A stretch of DNA of 64,000 nucleotides from positions 1-64,000 of the forward strand of contig JABANN010000072.1 of assembly GCA_013115125.1 (NCBI GenBank), written 5' to 3'. The notes beneath the pieces are model-generated. The model was not told the DNA's origin, made no database searches, and worked only from the letters and a program-made list of their open reading frames with translations. The position numbers and the translations under genes are program-made. The DNA comes from Perkinsus olseni. Taxonomy: Eukaryota. Below, piece after piece: positions 39,300 through 51,600 of the stretch (the stretch's first letter is position 1; each line of letters opens with the position of its first letter).

Positions 39300-41630
39300 A
39301 CTTCTGCGCTTCGTCGTGCGTTCGTCCAGATTATGTCTCCACGACCATGTTCGAAAGTGCGCAGTCTGTGTATTCTCTCCAAGGATAGTTATACCGCTCA
39401 TGGTGCTTCAATCGAGTATTCACTGCTACCGCGGACCGCTGGGCCTGCTCTGCTGACCTTATGGACCTGCATGTAGTCCTCCCATTGTTCCTCACTACTC
39501 AGGCGCAGTACGAAGTCGTGCGCTACGAGGCGTTCAAACGCTTTCTTCGGCATGCTCACAATGTTGGGGTCCTGCGACTGCGTTACCCTCGGCACCTGCA
39601 CGACAATATATCGAAACACTTTCCTTTAGTAGAGGAGAAAATGTGTTTTCTAACGTTCTCGGGGCAAGATGGACTCACCGTAAGGTATACAAGAGAAGAT
39701 GAACACTGGGTGACCATGCCTGCCCTCAGGCTTCTCGCGATACATGCATGGTTACCTGAAGGCTCGGATAAGAAGAAAAATAGAAAGATCTTTCACTAGC
39801 CCCAGTATTCTGTTACGAATAACCCTTCGTTCAGGCTTTTCAACAACTTAGCAACAAACATTGATGAATGTACACTGGGAGCGCTAGCTATTGTCGTTGT
39901 TGTACTGAGTAGTCCCTCAATAGACTAATTGACTAGGTCATCCAACAGCTAAGGATAAGCACTGAGTGGTCGGCAAAACGAAACTCTTCAATGTTGACAC
40001 GATTCGACGTGCCGCTACAAATCAGAATTCCTTCAGTGGTTGCAGCCTTGCCGAGTCATTTGCTAGTAATCGATGTTAACGCGAAGACAGACAACTACTC
40101 AGCGACGAGAGAGGAGACCTACTGATCACAGCAGTGTGGAGATCTTTCTTCAGGTCCTGGGCTTCTCGAGTCACTTCAGAGTCATAGTCGATGCCCTCAA
40201 ACTCGAACTCGTCACGCGCCTGTCGTGAACGATGTCGAGCCAGATCAGCATGCACTGCTCACTTTCTCAAAGGCCTCCTTTATACCCTGGGGGAGCTTCG
40301 ACAACAGCACGCCTGAACAGGAAAGGGGTAAAATATTCCGCTTAAAACGTTGAGAGAAATTGCCTACTGAAATACGACGCACAGTATCGCTCCGAGCTCG
40401 GGGGCAGGGTCGTATCGCTAATACCAAGCACATGGAGAAGGCAGACGACCTGAGCTCGGGAGGTGTCCGGGAAAGGATCCCGCCATCGCCTACCTTCAAC
40501 AGCACGTCACAAGTGCCCACCGCTGCGAGCTCCTCCATCACACTAGGAGCTGCGAGCAAGTCTCGAGGTAGAGCCGCATCCTGACCGCTGAAAAAGGAGA
40601 AAAATAATCGACCGCGGGACGATGATACTCTACAAAAAATTGAGAAGGAATTCTAATTGAGATTTATTATTTCGAAGGTAGTAGGGTGTAAAATCCTCAA
40701 ACCAGCAACCAGGCGAATCGTCGAAACCTCAAACTTGAATAATTTAACATCGATTCATTCTGCTGTTTGCACTTATGATCTCTGGGCCTGGGGGGCCTAA
40801 TCTTATTTTCATCGGGGGAAATGCCCACTACGAGGCTCGGAAAAAATTCCTCAGTGAAGTATCCGATGAGCATTCACGCACTTCAGTGGGTTACGCCGGC
40901 AACGGCCAGGAGAAGTAACAGTTGCAGCACTCACCACATCTCATGCGTCACTTGTCGAATGGGGGCGGCAGATTCATGGAGCAAGGCTCGAATGATGTAA
41001 CTGAGAAGAGACTGTAGCACACTGCAGAATCATGCTGGTGCGGAGGGAACCAGGGATGCTACAGGAATTGCAAAACGAACTAAGCCTCGAAAAGAACGAT
41101 AGCTCAGTGGGGAAATGCAGAGCTATGAAGAGTAAAAGCGATTAAACTAGGCCAAGCAATTCCCCTAGGCTTCGGCATAGGAGACGGGATGACCATCATC
41201 ACGTCACTACTCACGACGTCGTCACAGTGTTATACGTCGCTACGTCGTACTAGTGACGTACATCATCAGCAAGAAGTGGAAACGGTCGGGCAAAACCCTA
41301 CACGACATACACGTATGCGCAAGACAGCACTCACAATTTCATCTTCTCTTCTGTATCACCATCTATCAAGAGGCTCATGACAAGGGCAAACCAACGATAT
41401 GATGGGGACAGAGCCTGTGAAGGGAACTCCAACTGGTCGTACACTGGTGAGAGTATCTTACAGCATAAGGTCGGCAGGTCGACCCCGTCCACATCTGGGC
41501 GCATATCAAGCGAAGATATTCTCGCTTAGGACCATCAGTCAGTGCTCTGGCTGAGTGCACTAGGCCATCTAGCAGCCACGCCCAGGTACGACTGAAACCA
41601 GCAAATACTACTACCATTATGAATATCACA
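39300..41630 (-). mobile_element. Possible degraded Mutator(MULE)-like transposase remnant
   Basis: Fragments across frames appear in MULE order: VGDGG, QVVCLLHVL (CxxH), N*SIEGL. Many stops and frameshifts; motif resemblance only. Confidence 0.3.
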
Positions 41631-42622
41631 GTCTATAACGTGCGAGGGATCAACAACGATATCCACAGCTGTTCATTAGTAAGTCCAGAGTACGAGAGAC
41701 GCCGTTCGAGAGTCCGAACCAATTTCTACACAGCGAGGTGATCCACCTACTTCGGAGTCAGAGGGCTGGACTCAGCAGTAACAACTTCCCGAGTGTATGC
41801 CTCAATAGCTCCGGCCAACACAAAGCAGACTCCCCGGACGGTGTCCACATACCGAGGCGATATGTGCTCGCCAAAATGGAACTGAAAAAGAACTTCCCAT
41901 CGCGGTTTCGCCAAAATTCCGAACAACAGTGATGGGAAACTGCCCGAACCTAATGGGAGCCGTCTGCCCCTCCTTTCATATCGCACATGCCAAAAATGTA
42001 ACGACATGTTCCCGACGCGGCCCAACCCCTGATCTTACTTTCTCCCACTGACTGGCATCCATGCCGCCCTGCAAGGCCGGTAGAACCTCGACCAAACTCT
42101 GCATACACTCCAGTCCGAATCGGGCAGCCGACGTCGGACACCCTTCGAAGGTGGTAGCTGAATGAGAGGGCCGCTGAGGAAAACCCTTCCCCAGCCGACA
42201 CGGGGACAGTCTCGTGTGGAACAGAAACTGGCCGTTCACTACGATGAGCTACGAAGAATGTGTGCGCGTAGGGGGAGCGCACATGTATTCATGTACCGCA
42301 ACTTCGTAACTTACGAAGTAGGGGTTAGCAACTTTCGTAACTTACGAATCGTAGGTGTGTATGTATGGCGATATGCGTGGTGACTACACGCTTTCAAGTT
42401 CCACGACATGTTAAACGTCGGCCGGATGGAAAACAGTCCACTGACGAGCCCTAGGCAGAGGATTACGTTGCAAGACCATCATACCACCACACCCCATCGA
42501 GCTGCGGAAATCCCTTCTTTCAGAGTGCATACTCACCGAGTGGAGGTTCCTTGAGGCCTCTGTCCTCCGCTGGCGGCAGCAATGCGTTGCAAGGACGATT
42601 GCAGTACCTGGAGAGCGTACCA

Positions 42623-45600
42623 TTACGCAGGTCTATTTGGTGCATCTACTATGCGCCAAGGAGGACAGCAACCCCCCAAAGCTAGCACCATGTCCGAGGA
42701 GTCTCTTACGGGCAAGTTAGATTCCCGACGGAAGCTTCGCGATAACTCTCCCAACACTTCGTATGTAGCAGATGACCGCAACCGTGAATCTGAGGAGGCG
42801 AGACACTCAATACCCCACATATAAAGAGTAGCGTATATTAGTGCGATGATCCGACTGGCAACGAGTAAGGCTCGCCCAGCGAACAACACTGCACCGGCAC
42901 ATCATCGCTGTACCACGCAACGCAATGAAACTGTACGTACGTATAGACACGATCCGCAGCTGGAGGAGAGGGTACAAGGTCACATCAGAAGGCTTCGACG
43001 CTCTTTGGGGCATTCATAAATTTTATCACTGCCGGCCACTGACTGCATGCGCCTTCAGGAATACGTGGCACTGTAGCAGTGCGCTGGAATTATCAGCGCG
43101 ACGGTGTCGCCGGAAAAAGCGTCGGACAAATTATACGGTGTTTCTCGCCCGTCTTCTTGGTAAAGTTCTGTCATCTTTCTTCGCTTGCTCGCCTCCACGT
43201 CCCTCCCTTCAACCTTCTGAGTCTCCTTCAAATTCTGGCAAAATAACTCTGCTCCCTCTCCTCCTGCGGGGAGGAGAAGTTAACGAAAGTGCACGTCACT
43301 GAAGTGACCTTCGACTTGCCGTCTCTTGAAGGTCGACAGCGACTAGTAAGTATTGCGGCAGAGGGGCTACGATCCTGCCTCTCGTATATGGAGTGAATAT
43401 CCCACCACTCGAGAATGTCTTTAATGTCAACACTCGCCATAACAGTAGCTTGTACGCGGGCGATCTGCGAGTCTTTATGCTGAGCTGCCGCGATATGTGT
43501 CCACACGCCCATCAGCCAGTAGCCAGCGATGCCGAACCCAAAGCGGCTGAGAACGGCCTGAACGTGTCTGTAGATTTCATGTGGCCTATGAATCTCCAGT
43601 CCATTATTCTCAAGAGGAAACAGCAGAAGCTTTTCCAGTATTTCTTCGCGGTTGGTTTGATGCCCAGGTGGCTGCTCGGGAAGGAACCGACGAGGTTACG
43701 GTATGTTACTTTCCCGTTGAAATAACCGTGCCATCGAGAGACTTCGGAGTCAAGTAGATGGAACTTGTCCAGTGAAGGAGGGGTGTCCGGCACGACCGTC
43801 GTCCCGTACCTCCCGCATTCTTGGCCCGTATGACTCGTACGGCAGTATGCCCAGCCAAACCGGCGGGTACCGTTAGTTCACGCGGTCAGCAGTCCGAGAC
43901 ATACATACCATGCCCCGGAGACAAGTGACTAGCCAACCAACGAAGTTGAACTAAGAAATTCAGCTGCCTTACCACAGCCTTCACACTTGTTGGGCCGGGC
44001 GAGAAGAACGTCATGCTGGGCTGCTGTTGTTGATGGCTTTGCTGCTCTGCCCCTCCACTACTGCGCCGTCTGGGAGAGGCCATGGTGGTCTCCTCAAAGG
44101 GCAGTATGGCCTCGTGAGCTGGTATCTTAGGGCGAGGTATATCGGTGTAACTGAACAGTGAAGCCTCTCGAGCAATATCCTCAGCCTGAACAGAAAACCC
44201 AAGGGACCATACAAGTCATCATGTAAGAGTTAATACCGCCACATCAATTCATCGACGGCCTTCCAGAAGTCGCTACTCACCCAGGATAGCACGGCGAAAT
44301 TGCAAGGTTATCCATAGAGGGTGATTGAGAAGTGCAAGAATTGAACCAAGGGTGCCATTAAGTTGGAGCAATTGCTGGTAGCCACATGATGCAGCTTGAG
44401 GCGTACATATAGGACGTACAAGATAGAGTTCCACACCTGCTTACGTCGAGACCTCCACGAAGCAAAGGCGTCCTAAGGACCCTGACACAGCAGTTGGCGA
44501 CTCAGGGAGGATACCAATATGACCGAGGGGCTCTGGGTTCCCGCCGAAGCATATAACGCAGGTCTGAGAAGAAAAAATAGAATCCGTAAAATTTCGCCTG
44601 ATGTCTCACGAGGTCAAATCATAAAAACGGCTCCGAGAAGTTAGCACGGGACCTTCCAGACTATGAGAGGATATCACTCAGACCATGCAATGCCGCAACG
44701 GCTTTCGCGAACGATAGTCCGATACTCACATCAGCATCACAGCCAGAGGTGCTCGTGGCCCGCTGCCGCTGCATTGCCGTCGACACTGAGGGGCTCCTCC
44801 TGGAGATGCTATCGAGGAACTCTTGCTGACGCGACCGAACCTACGGAGCAATTCGCCCAATCATTTCTCTGCTTTAGAGAGACAGCACGCACAACAATCG
44901 ACCGAAAAGCACCGTGGAGAACAAACATCAATAGCTTGTATCCGCGCATTCGCGGACTCCCGGTTCAAGAGGACATACCGATACTTCGACCTTGTGCTCA
45001 GTGACGAACGATTACCAGGGACATCATCCTCCGCTGGACCAATCGGCGGCGTCTAATCTTGCCAGGATCAATCGGACTTGACCCCGAGAAGGATGAATCC
45101 CCACGATGACGCTTGTTACCTAGAAGGACACAACAAGGACCACCCGCCCGTCGACCCAAGAGATGGTGATGCCGGCGCATTTCACTGGGACCACGACCAT
45201 GTCAAGCAAGGAGACGAATGGACCTCCCTCATACTAACATGGTAATTCCATTGGAAATATCCCAGCGAGCCGAGGCTCGTGAGAATGACTGAAAATTTTC
45301 CCATCATTCTCACGAAACTCGGCTGAGAGTTTTCAAGCTCAATCAAAAAGGTAGGAACTAGCGTGTGAAAGCGTCACGGAGCGCCACACAGCGCTAGCTA
45401 CCACACCTCGGAGAACCGAAGGTCATCCGGCAAATGCAATAATCAACATCGGATACGGCATACGTTCGGCATCGGAGCTTCCGTCCCTCTCTTCATCAGC
45501 GGCAATAGTCGTACTCTTCTTCCTAGCTGGTGTGCTCGGGTTCACAGCAACTTCGGGTACCGGTATATTCGCCGATTTCATGCACTGCTCGATCTGCAGC

Positions 45601-48600
45601 AGACAATTTCGTGGCGCGCGACAATGACCACACTGACCTTATCCTTGATGCCCTCGTCTTTTCCTCTCACCGCCCTTCTATGCAACGCGTTCAACAGCAG
45701 TTCTATCCACGGATATTCCTGTGCGCAGCTCGGTTTCACCGCCAGGGACCCGAGCATGCTCAAGATACTCTCAGACGTATCTATAACACGATGAACGAGT
45801 CGTTCAGAACGACCTCCATATCGAGAGCACGCTCCAGACTCGGTATAACAAGATCCAACCGCTCAGGTTCAATTCGGCCAGCGAGGCGGAAAAATTATGC
45901 TAATTCGCCCACAAATTCCCTGGACTAAGTGAAGAGATAGTATAAGTGAAATCAGACCCACCGATTTCACGCAAATTTTCTGTTTTTCCCGTGTTCGCGC
46001 CGGGCGAATACGGAGCCCGATGTTTACCTGTGCCCTGAGCTCCTCCTGGAAGGCCTAGCGGTACAGCGATGGGGTGGAGACAGCTTCGAAGGATCGCTAT
46101 GTTATCTGATCGACCATGCGAAGTTCAACTCCCCTCCGTTCACAGGGATCATATTCTCGTATCCAAAGCAGGACCATTGGTATTTTCTAAAGTTTCCGAG
46201 GTTGCTCGGGTGATCATTCAATAACCCAGGAGGCCGAAAAATTACAAACCATGACGCACATTGGCTCACATCCGTACCATAACAAACGGAACTCCCACCT
46301 GTAGCAGATTCAGCTCGGACAGCATGGAAGCGACTCGCCAACTGGGGCACAGTAAACGCCTGAAACTTGTATGACGAGGTCGAGGACTGAGGAAGAACAA
46401 GAACGCCATCAAAACGGGCATCAGTGCCTCCCCCTTGAGAAAATAGACTTGCCTCAGCTTCATCCTCCACACATTCAACTTGCTCGTCTTGCGACTCTTG
46501 AACTTCCTCAACGCCAAGAGACACAGTGATAAGTCTCAGTAGCAGATGCAGTATCAGATGCAGAAGTCGCTGGTCACCACCCAATGTATCGAAGAGTCCA
46601 ACCCTGAAAACATACCAAATAATTTCGCGGCGCGCGAAATTTCCCGGAGTGCTCTGTGCCCACTTCACAGCAAGAAGACCAATGAAGCATATCGCCAGGA
46701 ACTCGGGAGCTCGAACAAGCCGAAGCGATTGATCCCGCAGATCTTTGTGGACCTGAGAAGAGGCGAAGCGATGCAAGCGTATAAGTCGAACCTCACCGCA
46801 GTACTCTGACAATTCGAATATAGAAACACGAGAAAGCACGAGAAGTGAGTCACAGAGGAGTGAGCTTGGCCGAGCTTCTCCCAAATGCCCTCAACAATCT
46901 CCATCTGGCTGCCTCCTCACCTTTGCCCGTTCATGGTTATAAATAACATCCTCGAACCACCACTCAGTGAGCGTTCGACGCTCTCGCTTCAAGTGAGCAA
47001 TCTGAGAATGAATGACAGCACTAGTGGGCAACCTGGGAACGGAGAAAGCAGTATCCGAACTCGACCATAGGCACGATGACGACCTTCCAAACATGATTTA
47101 CAGCCTCATGTCGACGACTAGACAGCTTTCCTGATGATGTATTCTGCCCAATACACCGAACTCGCACCAAACACAGACCCCACCCACGCGACTGCAATCG
47201 AGCGACTCAATCCACGGAGAAGAATGGCGGAAAATGCCCAAAATGCTACGGGGAAAAGATCCAAGAATTCTGGAAATACTTATTCTAATCATCGGCTCGG
47301 CAATGCTCTCGAGAAGACCGAAAACTCGTCACACTCTGATTCATACCGCTGTTGGTGCATTAAAATGTCACCACCACAACTCTCCCCCTCTCACCAGTCT
47401 TTCCTCTACATCCTGCTGTTCCCTCCACACCCAAGTGGGGTGCAGCAAGTCCACGAGGCCCCACTGGTCTTCCCTTAGAGTATATGAACCTGCCAGCAAA
47501 ATTTCTCAGTGACGGTGTCGTTATCATCTTCGCGCTCCCTCCACTCACTGCGTTGCCCAGCAGTATTTCTAGTATCTTCCATTTCTGTCTTCGCCACGGA
47601 TGCAAGATTCTCTTGCAAAAGCTCAGCATCCGCTACCGCCAAGGTATTGGTAAACTTGTCAAGGCGAGGATCTCTTGCGTACGACATCCTAAGTACCATA
47701 ACATTCTGAGACCCTCCTCGGCAATTATCTCGACATCATCAACTCACACGACGTCTCGCGATGTCTTCCGAGAGACGACGAAGGACCGACTCGCTAGGCA
47801 GTAGGCATCGATCGACAGTCGCGAAGGAAAGGAAAATCATCAGTTCAATTCAACCACAATAATTCCAAATGTTCCAAATTCCAAATGCCCCTTTGGTGCC
47901 CAAGCCTACGTCAGTTGCCCAGCAGCAGCCAACCGCTGCCTCAGATGCTGCCTCGAAGTCACTTCCGTGTACTGCTTTCCATCACTATCCGTAGTACCCG
48001 ATGCATACGGCGATACCAAAGCACAGAGAATCTGAGAATCACAACAGCGCTCGCCAAGACGATCGATTTAACTGAACAGCACACACGAGAAGGTCTCCCT
48101 CTCGAAGCGTACCTTGACCACACAGCACAGCTTCTTGACGTATCTTTCGCCCTCTTCAACCGAGGATGAGCTCATCGGTGGGATATATTCACACCAGGCC
48201 ACGGTCGGTCGGATTCCAAATGCCGACAACAAGTGTCTGATTCACAATGAAAAAGTTTTTGCCCCAAAATCGATAAACCGTTTTGAAATCTTTTGGATAC
48301 TGCACTGAGCCATACTCTACAAGAGCGAGTACTTTTCGCTAGCCCGAAAGCGGCAGCAGTATACTCTTGGCGGATAGGCTAACTGAATCGAAAGAGTCAA
48401 GCAGCATCGAAAACAAGAAAGCATTGGTCAGCTCGACGCCCCGCTGGCTCCGCAACCCCACATAGTGTTCTGTTCAACGATCCCGAATCGGAATGGCAGA
48501 CTTGAAGCTCACTTTATGAATCTTCCAGAGTCATGGCAAAGTTTGCTGGTGAGAAGGACGGCGAGGAGGTCAAGATCAGCAAAGGCGTGGTGGAAGTAGT

Positions 48601-51600
48601 TGGCTACATAGAACTCGTGCTCAGAGCGTACGGCATCACCTAAGGGCAGAACCACTCCGGCTAAGATAGGAGATCGCAAAACATTAGTTAGGAAATCGCA
48701 AGAGTTCAAGATTTGCCAGGGCCCCTGGGATGCTTCCCCCACAGTCAGCCGACAAAACCGAGCGGAGACCCCTCTGAAGCGCTCTACCAACGAACCTGCT
48801 CCAATACTAGTAATCACGAGAGGAAACACTCATTAGGAAATCGCAAGAGTTCAAGATTCATAAAGTCAGCCCTGCCACCCTGCTCACCATTTCTTATCCA
48901 CAGCCCGCTGCAAACTTCCTCGTGCTGGACCAACGCCCTCAGAGGGAACTCCAGCAACCGCACTATCTCAAAATCATCATCGTCACGAAGTTGAGCAGGG
49001 ACACAGCTCAGGCCAAACCTGTATCAAGGGAGAATCTTCCGCGTGCGCAACAGAGCGCATCTTACTTGTGTATTGTGAGCGTATAAAGTGCAACATACAG
49101 CCTCGACAAAGATACGTGCATCGAGCACAAGTCCTTCCCACTATCCCATCGCCTCGAGGCAGCCACCATCTTGGGGAGCAGATCCCGACCCTCGGACCAG
49201 GTGAATGGTGACGGCAAAGTACCTGGTCGGAAAGTGGTACTCAGAGAAGCTAGGCGGCGACAATGGTCGAAGCGACGAAAGGGATAGGTGAATATCAAAA
49301 ATCTTTTCAAATCGGGAGAATAACCTCCACGAGCACTTCAAACCATATATAGCTACAACACGATATGACAGTAGTATACCAATTCAGGGCATCGCCGCCC
49401 CTCCGATCGAAGACTGCAAAATTGTGGACATTCTGCCGCCCTGTGTAGATCTGTCAACGATACCCTTACTTTCAGCGGACGAGAGAGCCCCAATGGCTCC
49501 AACCCCAGGAGCCAGTCTAGTCTCCCAGTCAATAAGCGCCTCTCGAACTTGCAGTAAGAGGTCACCACACAACTGTGCAGAACCGTAACTGACATCCGCA
49601 GTAATCGCCGTAGAGACTGCTCATTCAACAACGTGTGTCTACGACGGGTGGACTACATTCCTGTTCAATTTACGGTATGAGAAACCACTGACCCGAGATT
49701 CGTCAGCTTGGGTATCGGCCCGAACTATAAATAGTATTACTCATTCAAAGGCGATGAATTCACTGAGCACCCATTCAACCGGAATTATTCCTGGCACCAA
49801 GTTCCGATTCAGCCATCAAGAATTCAACTATAAGCTATGCCACGGACATCTAAACCTGCACGCATGCGCAAACCTACTGGTATATTATATCGACGATCAA
49901 CCAGGAGTGACTGACCGCGTCGTTGTGAAGGGACAAAGCGCCGGTCCACTCAGGATCGGAGAACCTGACAACAACAGAAGGATTTTCACATGTAACTAAT
50001 GGAGTATTGCGACGCGACGTTGAACAGTTCCTGATAAAAATCACTGAGCAAAGATGGTTGATGAAAACGTCATAAAATCCCCGCATAAAATGCACGATGA
50101 AAATTACTCTTTCATTTTTGTGTATATTTTGCGACTGTCCATAGATACAGCCCGGTCAAAAAACTGTCCAGAGCCGAATTCATACTATGAATATACCAGG
50201 GTTCAGAGCTCATTAGGTCAGAAGTCTGTAGAGCTTTCGATTGGTGTAAGTCTCGTAGAACAGCTCTCGCTTCTCATCGAGAAAAATGATTTTTAGATTT
50301 TTTTGCCGACCCAGAGTTAATTAACACAGTGATCTGGTGCTATCTCCCGTGGGAGATCAGCTCTGGACAGTTTTTGTCGACCGGACTGTAGTAAAGGGTA
50401 CCGGTGAAGCTTACTCGACATGAGCTCCTCTCTGCACTCTATGAGCGTAGCAGTACTGCGCCAACTTCAACATCTCACACCAGCCAGGCATGACAATCCT
50501 GTAAATGAACCATTCGAGGCGGGGAAGAGTGACGCAGGCTCACTACTCTTTCATAATTTTGCCATCATCTCGCATGATAACTTCATGGACCTAGCACGAA
50601 GACGTCAGTCAAGACTCGAACAGTGCCACCGCGCATGGCAAACCCAAACAAAGTGGCTTCCGGTCATTCTACAACGATCTGTTCAGGAGCGGCTACTCGA
50701 AACAATCAACAAGGATAGGGTTTTCCCTTCGCGCTCAGTCCAGCCTAGAATGTTTCTAGTAGAAACATCGGCTAGGCCGCTTCAGCCGAGTCTGCGAGTT
50801 CACTAGTCTAGTGCCACTAGACTAGTCGTGTCGCGATTTTTCCAGCGCTCAGCAGAGCCGCGGAGCCTGTCCGTCTTCTCAACTTTTCCCAGACGTAGGC
50901 GGCAGTGTAGGACTTCTCGAAATTATCGCACGCATACGGGCGATATCTCGCATGGAGGTATCCAAACGCCTAGTTTGCGGATGAGAACACAAACCCGTGC
51001 CTGTGATGCACTCTTACGGCATGACGAAGAAAAGCTCCTAGCACACCTTGAAAAAAGGGTTCTTGACATTGGTAGCACCACTGTAACTTAGTTTCATAAC
51101 TAGTAATATCGGTGCGGCCGCACTGATGAGGCCTCCCTGATGCTCGAAACGGCGGAACATAATGATGCCGGGGCAGCGTCGCTCAATTGTGTGTCCGGTC
51201 GCGGCCCTTCGGTTTACAGGGGCCGTGCGTGATCTTCGAGATTAGATTAGATCTTCTTGATGGCGTACCCCGGCGAAAGTCACATCATCATAGCTTAAAC
51301 TGATCACCTCGTCCGCCCGAAAGAGGCCGAAGATAGCGACAATGCCTGCTACCTCATTACCAGCAAGAGAGCGCCACAGAGCGGCAAGTCCTGCAACTCG
51401 CCGGTACTAGCTCCCAGTACCCTGAAAAGCATATATGCTGCGAAGATATCTCCGGTGAAGGGCTCGTCCTCTTCTTGGCTGAATGAGAATGAAGATGAGC
51501 CTTTCTTATAGGTCCGCCAGCTTGCTCAGTGGCGCTGGGTCAGTGCTTCATATCACCAGTTGATATAACTTATATGGCATATCATATAAGCAATAACTTG

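Noticed and set aside
43228-43512. DILEWW resembling the hAT dimerisation domain
   Set aside because: It continues in frame with UBR-gene exons, and the downstream hAT motif (SxxxERxFS) is absent.
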